A stretch of 64,000 nucleotides of DNA from Parcubacteria group bacterium (lineage in GTDB: Bacteria; Patescibacteriota; Minisyncoccia; UBA10092), in NCBI GenBank assembly GCA_016186325.1, contig JACPLW010000001.1:187-64186 (forward strand), written 5' to 3'. A program made the position numbers and the translations under genes. Shown piece by piece: positions 28,287-38,102 of the stretch; position 1 is the first letter of the stretch, and the number at the start of each line of letters is the position of its first letter. The notes beneath the pieces are model-generated. The model saw only the letters and a list, made by a program, of their open reading frames with translations. It had not been told where the DNA came from and did not search any database.

Positions 28287-29333
28287 ATGCCCGCACAAGT
28301 CGTTGTTGTTCCCGGGAGATTGCCGGAAGGCAGAGTCGATCCTCTTTATGGATATGTGGTGGTTATATCAGCGGCGCGAGCGCTTCGAGAAAGCAAAATA
28401 GATCCAGAGTCTACTCATCCGCCTATTCTTCCGGACTATGATGAAAATTGCGGTTTTTGTCCTCGTAACGAAGATAAAACGCCCCCGGAACTCGTTTCTT
28501 TTAGGCGCGATCCGTTTGATATTACATCGTGGGGTACTCGCGGTTTTACCAATCTTTATCCTATTTTAGCGCTTGAAGCCGAAGGACCGGCGCAAGGCGT
28601 TAACGAAATTGTTGTTGAAACCATGCGCCATAATGGTTTTCTTTCTTCCGTTTCCATTGAGGAACTTTCAGAAGCGTTTAGAGCCATTACGATCCGATAT
28701 TTTTCTTTAAGAAACGATCCACGATTAGAATGGTTTTCGGCTTTTAAAAATTATGGGAAACTCGCCGGAGCTTCCATGGAACATCCTCATTTTCAAATGG
28801 CAGTTGAAGCTTGTATCCCCCCTAAATTTAGGGAGCGGTTAAACCGGGCGCAAGATTATTTTTATGACAGCAGGCAGTATCTTTGCTGCGATTACATCGA
28901 AAAACAGAGGAAATTAGGTCAAGTAATTTTTGAAACCGAACATTTTGTAGTATTAGTCCCGTATGCGGCGAGAGTCCCTTATCATTTTAGAATCTTTCCT
29001 GTTAAACACAATCCCTCTTTTGCTCATGTGCTTCGCGACAGCGACCGGGTAAAAAAAGATTTTGCTGAAACACTCCATCGAACAACTTTTCTTTTTAAAG
29101 TCGCGGTCCAGGGAGGGGATTTCCGGCAATATGCCGATCCGCTTTATAATTTCTATATTGAAACCGCGCCATATCGTGACGACCATAAGGAGGGCATCTT
29201 GCATTGGCATGTTGAATTTCGTGGCAAGACCACGATAGAGGCGGGATATGAATACCATACGGGTAAATTTGTGAATCCAACTTATCCGGAAGAAATTGCC
29301 GAACAACTTAGAGGTATTGCGGCAAGGTTTTAA
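28287..29333 (+). CDS. galT: Galactose-1-phosphate uridylyltransferase (GalT/HIT family)
   Basis: CGFCPRNE..TPPE, NLYP, KNYG..AGASMEHPHFQ, HWHVE, AGYE. Confidence 0.88.
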   Translation: MPAQVVVVPGRLPEGRVDPLYGYVVVISAARALRESKIDPESTHPPILPDYDENCGFCPRNEDKTPPELVSFRRDPFDITSWGTRGFTNLYPILALEAEGPAQGVNEIVVETMRHNGFLSSVSIEELSEAFRAITIRYFSLRNDPRLEWFSAFKNYGKLAGASMEHPHFQMAVEACIPPKFRERLNRAQDYFYDSRQYLCCDYIEKQRKLGQVIFETEHFVVLVPYAARVPYHFRIFPVKHNPSFAHVLRDSDRVKKDFAETLHRTTFLFKVAVQGGDFRQYADPLYNFYIETAPYRDDHKEGILHWHVEFRGKTTIEAGYEYHTGKFVNPTYPEEIAEQLRGIAARF

Positions 29334-29440
29334 AAATTACGCCCCGTAGCTGCGGGGCGTTTTAATTTTTTATGTCATATTGTTAAACGGCTTTTAAACA
29401 GAGTATAATATAAGGAAATACCAAATGTCGTATTAGTCGA

Positions 29441-29624
29441 GCCGCTATCGTCTAATGGCTTAGGACGTCGCGTTCTTTCACCCGCCAAAATTTTGGCCCC
29501 ATCGTCTAGTGGTCAGGACGCGGCGTTCTCAACGCTAAAACACGGGTTCGACTCCCGTTGGGGCTATTAAGAAAATTTAGGCGGGCAAGACGCTAAAACC
29601 TGGGTTCGATTCCCCGTAGCGGTA
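29441..29624 (+). pseudogene. Outer tRNA-Glu-like gene split in its anticodon loop
   Basis: 5' half GCCGCTA-TC-GTCTAATGGCTTAGGAC-GTCGCGTTCT (29441-29476); 3' half ACGCTAAAAC-CTGGGTTCGATTCCCCG-TAGCGGT-A (29590-29624); acceptor strands pair. Confidence 0.8.
29495..29566 (+). tRNA. tRNA-Glu(CTC), nested
   Basis: GGCCCCA/TGGGGCT acceptor, loop TTCTCAA, ACGGG-TTCGACT-CCCGT T arm. Confidence 0.92.
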
Positions 29625-29632
29625 CAAACCCT

Positions 29633-30466
29633 ATGCTTTCTCATAATTTAAATTTAAAAATTTTTATACAAGAATCGGTTGCTTTTCTGTCGGTAGGAAC
29701 TATTAGTATTTTTTTGGCCGGACGATTTTACGAGTTAAAAACCGTAATGGAAGCGCCAACACAAGTTGTAGAGTGGTGGCAATTTATTCTGGCCTTTGGC
29801 ATCGGAACCGCTATTGTTCTTGGGCTTATCCGTATTTCCCACGGCGGCCTATTTTTACGGATTTTTTTTCTTTTCGCGTTGTTTGCCGGAGTTTTTATAA
29901 CTTTCGGAGCTTTCACTTCGCAAACCTTTGCCTTTATTCTTTCTCTTATTTTAATTTTTTCTTACGTTCTCTGGCCATACGTTTGGCTTCACGATTTGGT
30001 TCTTATTCTCACTTTGTCCGGTATCGCCGCTTTAATTGGCGCATCGCTTAATCCTTGGACGGTGGCGCTACTTTTGATAGTTATGTCTATTTATGATTAT
30101 GTAGCGGTTTATAAAACAAAACATATGGTGAAAATGGCTAAAGCCATGATTGCCGGAAGAGCAATTTTTGCAATGGTTTTTCCAGAGAAAGTTGAAGATT
30201 TTACAGAACATATTGATAGGGCCCACCCTGGCGAAGGCTTTATGATGCTTGGAACCGGCGATTTTGTTTTCCCGATAGTAATGGCTGCTTCGGCGTTTGC
30301 TTTGAGCCCTTTGGCACCATGGCTGGTACTGGGGTTTTCCTTACTGGGACTTTTAATTATGCATCTTATATTCTTTTCTCAAAAAATCCGCCGGCCGATG
30401 CCGGCTTTGCCGCCGCTTGCCGCTTTTTCAATCATCGGTTTTATAATCGCAGTTTTGGTTAAATAA
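29633..30466 (+). CDS. Presenilin/signal-peptide-peptidase (A22, GxGD) intramembrane aspartyl protease
   Basis: YD (IYDYVAVYKTKHM), LGTGD and PALP motifs in a polytopic membrane protein. Confidence 0.9.
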   Translation: MLSHNLNLKIFIQESVAFLSVGTISIFLAGRFYELKTVMEAPTQVVEWWQFILAFGIGTAIVLGLIRISHGGLFLRIFFLFALFAGVFITFGAFTSQTFAFILSLILIFSYVLWPYVWLHDLVLILTLSGIAALIGASLNPWTVALLLIVMSIYDYVAVYKTKHMVKMAKAMIAGRAIFAMVFPEKVEDFTEHIDRAHPGEGFMMLGTGDFVFPIVMAASAFALSPLAPWLVLGFSLLGLLIMHLIFFSQKIRRPMPALPPLAAFSIIGFIIAVLVK

Positions 30467-30474
30467 AATTAAGG

Positions 30475-30825
30475 ATGAATATTCTTAAAGCCTATTTAGG
30501 CGATTTTAAAATAAAAATAATCTTAATTTTAAGCGTTGTTTTGAATGCGGGTCTTTTTATGTTTTTTTATTTTTTTATAAAACAAAGCAATGTGCCCATT
30601 GTTCTTCATTATAATGTTAATTGGGGCGTCGATTATTTTGGGGAAGTTAAAGATGTCTTTACCTTGCCGGTTATCGGTTTTTTAATTCTGTTTTTTAACA
30701 CTGTTTTGGCGGTACGACTTTGGTTCAAAAGCAGAATTTTATCATATTTTATCACTGCTATTATTTTAATTTCCCAAATTTTTCTGGTTCTTTCCGGAAT
30801 CGCCTTATATTTGATAAACCGTTAA
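30475..30825 (+). CDS. DUF1648-like membrane protein
   Basis: Three TMs with IVLHYNVNWGVDYFG. Confidence 0.65.
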   Translation: MNILKAYLGDFKIKIILILSVVLNAGLFMFFYFFIKQSNVPIVLHYNVNWGVDYFGEVKDVFTLPVIGFLILFFNTVLAVRLWFKSRILSYFITAIILISQIFLVLSGIALYLINR

Positions 30826-30875
30826 ATTTGACTTAAAAAGATTGGTCAATTAGAATAGTTTAGTTAATTTTACCC

Positions 30876-31184
30876 ATGACTTACGCAGTAATAAAAAGCG
30901 GGGGAAAACAATATCTCGTCAAAGAGGGGGATAAAATAAGGGTTGAAAAAATAAACACGCCCGAAGGCGAGGAAGTTAAGTTTGGCGAGGTTTTATTGGT
31001 TTTTGATAAAGACATAAAAATCGGCACCCCGTTTTTAGAAGGCGTCGAAGTTTCTGCCAAGGTTTTAAAAAACGGCCGCGCTAAAAAAATAATTATTTTC
31101 CATTATCATTCTAAGACTCGGTATAAGAAAAAAGGCGGCCATCGCCAGCATTTTACGGAAGTTGAAATTTTGAAAATAAAATAA
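30876..31184 (+). CDS. rplU: 50S ribosomal protein L21
   Basis: YAVIKSGGKQY, IGTPF, GHRQHFT. Confidence 0.98.
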   Translation: MTYAVIKSGGKQYLVKEGDKIRVEKINTPEGEEVKFGEVLLVFDKDIKIGTPFLEGVEVSAKVLKNGRAKKIIIFHYHSKTRYKKKGGHRQHFTEVEILKIK

Positions 31185-31248
31185 GGATAAAAGTACAGAA
31201 GCGAATGCAAATATTTTTCTGAAGCTTCCGCAGGCATTTTAGCATGGT

Positions 31249-31288
31249 TTTCCCTCAATTCCTTGCTATAGCAAGGAATTGAGGGAAA
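31249..31288. repeat. Perfect 40-bp palindrome within a larger nested inverted-repeat element
   Basis: TTTCCCTCAATTCCTTGCTA|TAGCAAGGAATTGAGGGAAA flanked by GGCATTTTA / TAAAATGCC; between convergent rplU and recR. Confidence 0.85.
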
Positions 31289-31355
31289 TAAAATGCCGAG
31301 GACGGACAGCGAACTTCGCGCTGGCGAAGTGAGCGCGCGAGGAAAATGATTTTGG

Positions 31356-31973
31356 TTACTTTATTTCTTTTCTTGATTCTAAGGCGCCTGAAAGGGTTTG
31401 GGCATCGGCAAATTCTACGTCCGACCCGTAAGGCAGGCCCCGCCCAAGGCGGGTTATTTTAACTTTGAGCGGTTTGAGTAGCTTTTCCAAGTAATAAGCG
31501 GTTAAATCGCCCTCGTGCGTTGGCGAAATCGCTAGAATAATTTCTTCGATTTTTTCGCTGACGTCTTTTTTTTCCGATATTCGGTTTATCAACTCCGGCA
31601 TTTTTAGGTTCTTGGGAATTGCCGTATCTAGCGCGGAAAAAAGTCCGCCCAAAACATGATAAAGACCTTTATATACGCTCGATTTTTCAATCGTAGCCAG
31701 ATCGGTTTCTTTTTCCACCACGCATATTGTTTTGTGGTCTCTTGATGGATTATCACAAAAGTGACATTTTTGCCCATTGTTTTCAATAATAAAAAAGCAG
31801 GAAGAACAAACGCTAGCGTCTTTGTCTAAGCTTTCAATAGCTTTTTTTAATTCTTCTCGCTTATTTTTCGGCCCATTTAAAAGCCAAAAAGCCAAACGCG
31901 CCGCTTGGCGGGGTCCTACTCCGGGAAGACGGGAAAATTTATCTATAAAATTTTGGATTGTTTTAGGATACAT
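31356..31973 (-). CDS. recR: Recombination protein RecR
   Basis: LPGVGPRQAAR, C4 zinc finger, ICVVE, YHVLGG, EGDLTA. Confidence 0.96.
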   Translation of the reverse strand: MYPKTIQNFIDKFSRLPGVGPRQAARLAFWLLNGPKNKREELKKAIESLDKDASVCSSCFFIIENNGQKCHFCDNPSRDHKTICVVEKETDLATIEKSSVYKGLYHVLGGLFSALDTAIPKNLKMPELINRISEKKDVSEKIEEIILAISPTHEGDLTAYYLEKLLKPLKVKITRLGRGLPYGSDVEFADAQTLSGALESRKEIK

Positions 31974-33354
31974 TTTGATGTTGTTTATCCAAATTTTTAA
32001 AGCTCACAAAGTCTTCATTGAAATACAATTCTATTCTTCCGGTTGGCCCGTTTCTGTGCTTAGCGACTTCAATCTCGGCAATATTTTTCCTTTCAGCGTC
32101 TTTTTTCACCTTATCTTCACGGTAGATAAAAAGTACTACATCGGCGTCCTGTTCAATGGCGCCCGATTCCCTCAAGTCGGATAATTTTGGCCTTTGATCA
32201 GTTCGGGTTTCCGGGGAACGTGAAAGCTGGGAAATGGCCAAAACCGGAATGTTCAGTTCTTTAGCCAGGCCTTTTAGGGCGCGGGAAATTTCGCTGACCT
32301 CTTGAGTTCGGTTTTCAAATCTTCCATGTCCCTGCATCAGCTGAAGATAGTCGACAATTAAAAGTTCTAAACCTTTTTCGGCCTGAAGCCGGCGTGCCAT
32401 CGTTCTTATTTGGAGAACATTGGGGCTCGCGGTGTCATCAATATAAATCGGTGCTAGCGAAAGGCGGTTTAACGCTTGTGATATGCGAATGAAATCATTG
32501 TCGTCGGTACCTTCATCGGATAATTTTCCGGTGCGAAGCCGCCACAAATCAACGCCAGCTTCGGAGGCAATCAAACGCTCTACCAGCTGCTCTTTTGACA
32601 TTTCCAAACTGAAAATTCCAACCGGCACTTTTTCATTGGTTGCGGCGTGCCGTGCTATATCAATCACTAGCGATGTTTTGCCTAAAGAAGGCCTGGCGGC
32701 AAGAACAATTAGGTCGGATTTCTGAAGTCCGGCCAAGATATTGTCCAGATCGGTAAATCCGGTGGCAATTCCATGGGCACCGTCGCCCTTATGACGCTTA
32801 TCAATTCTTTCAAACGCACTGTTTAAGTGGTTTTTTATATGAGCAAATTCACGGCTGTTTGATGTTTGAGAAACGCTGAAAATTTTCTTTTCTGCTTCAT
32901 CGAGTAGGGCGTCTACATCTTCACTTTCTTGCCAGCCGAGTTCTTGTATCTGATGAGAAGCGCTTATTAGATCGCGCAGAACCCGTTTTTGTCTGACTAT
33001 TTTAGCGTAGTGGATTATATGGGAAGCGGTCGGGACGGAATTCATCAAGGTTGTAAGGTAAGAAAGGCCGCCGATATCTTTTAGCAGTTTCTTTGATTTT
33101 AAGGCGCTCGAAACGGTTAAAAGATCAATCGGTTCATTCTTTTTGTAAAGTTCAATTACGGCGCTAAAAATTATTTCGTGTATTTTGCGATAAAAATCTT
33201 CCGGACCGATAATATCGGCGACTTTATTAATCGCGTCCTTATCTATAAAAAGCGAACCCAAGACCGATTGCTCGGCTTCAATATCCTGCGGCGGCAGGCG
33301 GTTTGGGTCGATTGAGGTTTTTGAATATTGTTTTTTAGCGTAATGAGAAGGCAT
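31963..33354 (-). CDS. dnaB: Replicative DNA helicase
   Basis: PPQDIEAEQSVLG, AARPSLGKT, VDYLQL, SQLSR, DLRESGAIEQDAD, KHRNGPTG. Confidence 0.98.
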   Translation of the reverse strand: MPSHYAKKQYSKTSIDPNRLPPQDIEAEQSVLGSLFIDKDAINKVADIIGPEDFYRKIHEIIFSAVIELYKKNEPIDLLTVSSALKSKKLLKDIGGLSYLTTLMNSVPTASHIIHYAKIVRQKRVLRDLISASHQIQELGWQESEDVDALLDEAEKKIFSVSQTSNSREFAHIKNHLNSAFERIDKRHKGDGAHGIATGFTDLDNILAGLQKSDLIVLAARPSLGKTSLVIDIARHAATNEKVPVGIFSLEMSKEQLVERLIASEAGVDLWRLRTGKLSDEGTDDNDFIRISQALNRLSLAPIYIDDTASPNVLQIRTMARRLQAEKGLELLIVDYLQLMQGHGRFENRTQEVSEISRALKGLAKELNIPVLAISQLSRSPETRTDQRPKLSDLRESGAIEQDADVVLFIYREDKVKKDAERKNIAEIEVAKHRNGPTGRIELYFNEDFVSFKNLDKQHQNVS

Positions 33355-33687
33355 GGATAGTAATTAGTATAATTCCGAAAGCCAACACTTTCAAATTATA
33401 AAACTGAATAAACTGTGGATTAAGTTATTAAAACAACAACCATAACTTGACGTTAATAATTTTAAGGAGATAGCCAGGCGTCTTTCCATGAAATATGGCG
33501 AGACAGAGCTTATGAGTGCACCTGGGGGAAGACGTTCGTTCTATTCGTATCAAGATCTCGATTTCCATGAACGCAGCTGAAAGAATTTTAAGGAGACCCA
33601 CTCATTTCATTATCGCCATGGTAAGAGAAATAAATTGCTGGGCAGACAAGTAAACCTAGTCGGTGCACTACACTAGCCTTTTTAGAA

Positions 33688-33715
33688 TGGCGGACCCCGG
33701 TCCGCCATATTTTTC
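33688..33715 (+). terminator. Intrinsic terminator ATGGCGGAC-CCCG-GTCCGCCAT plus U-tract
   Basis: 9-bp stem followed by ATTTTT. Confidence 0.7.
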
Positions 33716-33847
33716 AAATAAATGAGGCAATTTCTAAATTCTAATAATTTTCCACTTTTTATGATATATCATAAAAAGTGGTAACACCATTATAATAACA
33801 GCAGTATTATTAGAAAATTTTGGTTTAATGTGTATTTTAAAATTTAA

Positions 33848-34546
33848 TTATTTTCCAAAACGCCTTTCGGTTTTATCGTAATTTTCTATAACATTTTCAA
33901 ATTCTTCGATTGAAAAATCCGGCCACAAAGTTTTTGTAAAATGCAATGCGGCTTCGGCCACGTCCCACATCATAAGTCCCGCTGACCAATGCGGTTCTCC
34001 TCCGGTTCGTATGACCAAATCGACCGGAGGAAGATTGTGTGTCCATAAGTTATTTTTTATAAGTTCTCCGCCTATAAGCGGCGGTTTGTTTTCAGCGTTT
34101 ACGATTTTTTTAATGGCTTCAATCATTTCATCTGTCCCGCTATAAGCCAAAAGAAAAGTTAAAACAAAGCGATCGTATTTTTCCGTAGCTTTTATGGCTT
34201 TTCTAATTTGATTTTTTGTTTTTTCTGGGAATAAAGTTTCCCATCTCCCTAAAACATTTATTTTCACTCTATTATCGTGAATTATTTTATCGGTGGCGAT
34301 TTTTTTGAAGTACTGCTCAAAAATTTTAAATAAAAAGTTCGCTTCTGAAAGCGGCCTTTTCGTAACGTTATTGATAGAACAGCCCCAGAAAGTAAGATAG
34401 GGTATATTTAAATTTAAAGCTTTCTCCAGTATCTTTTTGGTGGTTTTAGCTCCTTCCATGTGACCCAAAAAGGACTGTTTGTTATTCTTTTTGGCCCAGC
34501 GCCTGTTTCCGTCAGGAATAATTACCACATGTTGCGGCAGTTTCAT
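33848..34546 (-). CDS. uppS: Undecaprenyl diphosphate synthase
   Basis: HVVIIPDGNRRWA, VDLVIRTGGE, LWPDF, ERRFG. Confidence 0.96.
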   Translation of the reverse strand: MKLPQHVVIIPDGNRRWAKKNNKQSFLGHMEGAKTTKKILEKALNLNIPYLTFWGCSINNVTKRPLSEANFLFKIFEQYFKKIATDKIIHDNRVKINVLGRWETLFPEKTKNQIRKAIKATEKYDRFVLTFLLAYSGTDEMIEAIKKIVNAENKPPLIGGELIKNNLWTHNLPPVDLVIRTGGEPHWSAGLMMWDVAEAALHFTKTLWPDFSIEEFENVIENYDKTERRFGK

Positions 34547-34559
34547 ATAATAAAAACTT

Positions 34560-35960
34560 TTATCTTCTTTTTAATTTTGGTCCTTTTTCCGTATCTTCAA
34601 TCATCCAGCCTAGGTTTTCTGCCTTCTTTCGCAACTCATCAGCTTTAGCGAAATTTTTTTCCTTGCGACTTTTTTCCCGATCTTTTATCAGTTTTAAAAT
34701 TTCCATCGGAATTTTTTCGGTTTTCATTTTGATAAGATTTAGTCCCAGAACTTTATCAAAATCGATAATCAGCGCATATTTTGTTTTGGGATCTAATTTT
34801 TGGGATTTTACAATTTCCCACAAAAGCGCCAGCGCGCGCGGAGTTTCCAGGTCGTTGTTTATATAATTTTTAAATTTCTTCAGTAGCAGAAGTTTTGCTT
34901 CGCTACTGGACTTTGCTTCGCTCGTTTTTTTTATATTCAAAATTGCTTCTTTTAATTTATTTAGAGCATTTTTTGCCGCTTCAAGCGATTCCCAAGTGAA
35001 ATTTAATTTTGAGCGATAATGAGCGGTTAAAACAAGATAACGAAAGGCAAGCGGATTAAAACCATGTTTTTTTAGCGTGTCCAAAGTAATAAAATTTCCT
35101 TCAGATTTTGCCATTTTGCTTTGGTCTATAATCAAAAATTCTCCGTGAAGCCAAAATCTTGCCAATGGCTTTCCAAAAGCCGCTTCAGATTGAGCTATTT
35201 CATTTGTGTGATGAGTGCCTATGTGGTCTACGCCTCCGGTATGGATATCGAATGGCTGGCCGAGATATTTTGTAGATATGGCGGAACATTCAATATGCCA
35301 ACCGGGAAATCCCAAACCCCAAGGAGAAGGCCAGCGCATACTATGATTTTTGTACCGACCAGCTAGTTTGAACCATAAGGCAAAATCCGCCGGATGTTTT
35401 TTTTCCGGATCTTCTACGACTTCTCCACGTGCTGCGGTAATTTTTTGAGAAAGAGGCTGACGTGAAAGTTTAGTATAATTTTTGAATTTAATAACGTCAA
35501 AATAAACGGCTTTTGAAGTTTCATAAGCGTATTTTTTACTAATTAATATATTTATTATTTTAATTTGATCAGCAACTGTTTTTGTGGCCTGAATTATATT
35601 TTCTGGTTTTTTTATATTTAGTTCTTTAGTATCTTTCAAAAAGGCAGCTGTATAAAATCTGGCAATTTCCCAAACCGATTTTTTTTCCTTTTGTGCCCCC
35701 TTTTCCATTTTATCTTCACCTGTGTCGGCGTCGGAAGTTAAATGGCCGACATCGGTTATGTTCATAACTCTTTTTACTTTATAACCGTTATATTCAAGAG
35801 TTTTTTGCAATACATCGGCAAAAACATAAGTTCTTAAATTACCAATATGCGCGTAATTGTAAACTGTCGGCCCACAAGTATATAGACCAACTTTTTTATC
35901 GCGAAGCGGTTTAAAAACCTGTTTTTTACGAGTAAGAGTATTGTAAAGTTTTATAGCCAT
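34560..35960 (-). CDS. cysS: Cysteine--tRNA ligase
   Basis: CGPTVY..HIGN, GWHIECS, KMAKS. Confidence 0.98.
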   Translation of the reverse strand: MAIKLYNTLTRKKQVFKPLRDKKVGLYTCGPTVYNYAHIGNLRTYVFADVLQKTLEYNGYKVKRVMNITDVGHLTSDADTGEDKMEKGAQKEKKSVWEIARFYTAAFLKDTKELNIKKPENIIQATKTVADQIKIINILISKKYAYETSKAVYFDVIKFKNYTKLSRQPLSQKITAARGEVVEDPEKKHPADFALWFKLAGRYKNHSMRWPSPWGLGFPGWHIECSAISTKYLGQPFDIHTGGVDHIGTHHTNEIAQSEAAFGKPLARFWLHGEFLIIDQSKMAKSEGNFITLDTLKKHGFNPLAFRYLVLTAHYRSKLNFTWESLEAAKNALNKLKEAILNIKKTSEAKSSSEAKLLLLKKFKNYINNDLETPRALALLWEIVKSQKLDPKTKYALIIDFDKVLGLNLIKMKTEKIPMEILKLIKDREKSRKEKNFAKADELRKKAENLGWMIEDTEKGPKLKRR

Positions 35961-36865
35961 TTTCTCGTTTTAAAATAAAGCCACATTCCTAGAACCGTAA
36001 GCATCGCAAAACCGACAATAATCCAAAAATCATATGGCAGATTTCTGATCGGATTAGTAACCATGTCAACTTGCAAAAGTGTAATTATAAGCATTGTCGG
36101 GAATGTTATGAAAGAAAGAATTGTGAATGTTTTTACAATCGCGTTTGTTTTATCGTTTAAAAGATTAGTATTTGTTGCCTCAAGCGCGTTTATCGTTTCC
36201 ATATAATTATCAGCCTCGCTCCACGCCCGCTCGTAATCGCTTGTAAGATCGTTAAGATAAACCGCAAGGTCGCCAGATTCTAACCAAAAATTTTTACTCT
36301 TTTCTCCGAGTGAAATTAGTATTCGGTGCATTGGCTTGATGGCGATTCTAAAATCCAAAATATCTCTTTTGATGAAGGAAATCTCTTTAATCATATCGCG
36401 CTCTATATTTTTAAATATCCCGTCTTCAATGCGCTCTATGTTTTTTGCGATGTGAACCAGCTGGCGCGCCGCGAAACTTAATACGTCTTCTATTAAATAA
36501 TACAAAAGATGACCGGAGGTTTTCCCGAAACAATCTTCTCGTATGCCGATCGCTTGGCATTTTTTTAAGAACGACCCAAGTGGTTCAATTGGTTCGTCGT
36601 GGACGGTAATGATATGGCTTTGGGTTATTAAAACATCAAGTTCCGTCGGTTTTGTGGTCCGATTTTTTTTGTTAAAAACGGGCACGTACATGACCAAGAA
36701 AAGATAGTCGGGGAATTGTTCAACTTTTTCTCTCGACGAGGCGGGGATTAATTCTTCTAAAGTTAATTTATGAAAATTAAAATTATTTTTAATCCATTCA
36801 ATGTCTTCTTGGGTCGGTTTCTCAATATCAACCCAGGTCAAATTATTTTCGGTAATTTGTTTCAT
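35951..36865 (-). CDS. corA: CorA-family divalent cation transporter
   Basis: TWVDI..P, R.KVE, two C-terminal TMs; canonical GMN replaced by QVD. Confidence 0.8.
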   Translation of the reverse strand: MKQITENNLTWVDIEKPTQEDIEWIKNNFNFHKLTLEELIPASSREKVEQFPDYLFLVMYVPVFNKKNRTTKPTELDVLITQSHIITVHDEPIEPLGSFLKKCQAIGIREDCFGKTSGHLLYYLIEDVLSFAARQLVHIAKNIERIEDGIFKNIERDMIKEISFIKRDILDFRIAIKPMHRILISLGEKSKNFWLESGDLAVYLNDLTSDYERAWSEADNYMETINALEATNTNLLNDKTNAIVKTFTILSFITFPTMLIITLLQVDMVTNPIRNLPYDFWIIVGFAMLTVLGMWLYFKTRKWL

Positions 36866-37012
36866 TTGATTTATTTAAATAATAACCCTTATATTTTAGC
36901 ACAGATATTCCAAAAAAACATATCAGATAAAAAATTTGACTTTCATTTGGAAGAATTATATGATATAAACAATCTTTAACAATTAGTAGAATGTAAAGCC
37001 TATGGGGTAGCC

Positions 37013-37357
37013 ATGATAACTGAAGCGACTTATTATTGCGAAACTTGCTTCGATAATTTTAAAGATTCTGCTAGGTGCGAAGCCCATGAAGCTAATTGCG
37101 AGAAATACGCAGTAGGTGACAGAGTAGAAGTTTTTTATCAAGACAATTGGATTAGCCAAGGCAAATGGTGGAGCGGGACAATTTCGCGTATTTCACTTGA
37201 ATTTCCTAAGAAGCGTTTTGTGGAAGTTAGGACCGATGAACAGTTTGCCAAGGCTGATTTACCTCTATACACTGGTTATGACTGGGGTATTTGGGAGGAC
37301 AGCGGCGACAAGAAACATCTTCGCCGACTGGTTGATCAGGAAGGTACCAAGCAATAA
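37013..37357 (+). CDS. Hypothetical protein (CxxC..H zinc-finger-like plus Tudor/SH3-like)
   Basis: YYCETC..F..C..HE..C then VGDRVEV..WW.GTI. Confidence 0.6.
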   Translation: MITEATYYCETCFDNFKDSARCEAHEANCEKYAVGDRVEVFYQDNWISQGKWWSGTISRISLEFPKKRFVEVRTDEQFAKADLPLYTGYDWGIWEDSGDKKHLRRLVDQEGTKQ

Positions 37358-37620
37358 ACCGGGTTGATGTTATATAAGGAGCAGATTTTTCAAACGGCTT
37401 TCGGCCGTTTTTCTTTTTTATTATAGCGGCCGCGAATATAAACTGTCGCATAAGAATCCTATAGGAAGTTTGTGCGACGAGCACGCATGATTTTGCGAAG
37501 CATTTACTTGCTTTCGCTGGCAAATGATGCGCTTGGCTGGTACATTTATTTGACTTTGTTAGTAAAATGTTATATTATATTCCCAATCTTTAACAATAAA
37601 ATTGCCTAGAGGAGGCAAAA

Positions 37621-37983
37621 ATGGATGAAATCAAAAACCATCCTTCAACGGTTGAGTTTGGGGAAAAAGAGTGCTGTGCTTTAAAAATCGCGGTTGAAAA
37701 CGCAACTCATCGGGAATTTATTCGCGAATTCATTAAAAAAGCTGGGGAAAAAGAGCCGAAACACTCTTGGGCGATTTTGGCGGAAATCTTTACAAATACA
37801 ATTAACCTTATTTTCATTCCTCGGGGAATTCATCGTGAATTCTACGCAACACTTGCTATTTTAGAGAGGGGACAACTTACGGAAGGTAATAAAGAACTTG
37901 CTTGCGGCCATACGGTTATAGAACATATTCAAGCTCTTGATAATATTTATTTTTTGATGGCATATCCTGCGGGAAATAATTAA
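37621..37983 (+). CDS. Hypothetical protein
   Basis: 120-aa ORF with strong SD GGAGG. Confidence 0.65.
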   Translation: MDEIKNHPSTVEFGEKECCALKIAVENATHREFIREFIKKAGEKEPKHSWAILAEIFTNTINLIFIPRGIHREFYATLAILERGQLTEGNKELACGHTVIEHIQALDNIYFLMAYPAGNN

Positions 37984-38051
37984 GCGGCTAAACGCCGTTT
38001 TATTTTTTGCCAAATTACGTATAATAAATCGATCGATTAAAAACACGTAAT

Positions 38052-38078
38052 TTGGCAATCTCTTGACAAGAGTGCCAG
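38052..38078 (+). promoter_or_regulatory. CIRCE-like operator overlapping -35 TTGACA
   Basis: TTGGCAATC-N9-GAGTGCCAG versus consensus TTAGCACTC-N9-GAGTGCTAA, directly upstream of hrcA. Confidence 0.8.
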
Positions 38079-38102
38079 CCATCGTATACACTAGTATTTG
38101 TC

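Noticed and set aside
33458-33596. TTTTAAGGAGA repeats as tRNA-Lys fragments (same 11-mer as its anticodon arm)
   Set aside because: No adjoining D or T arm; the short SD-like match is likely coincidental.
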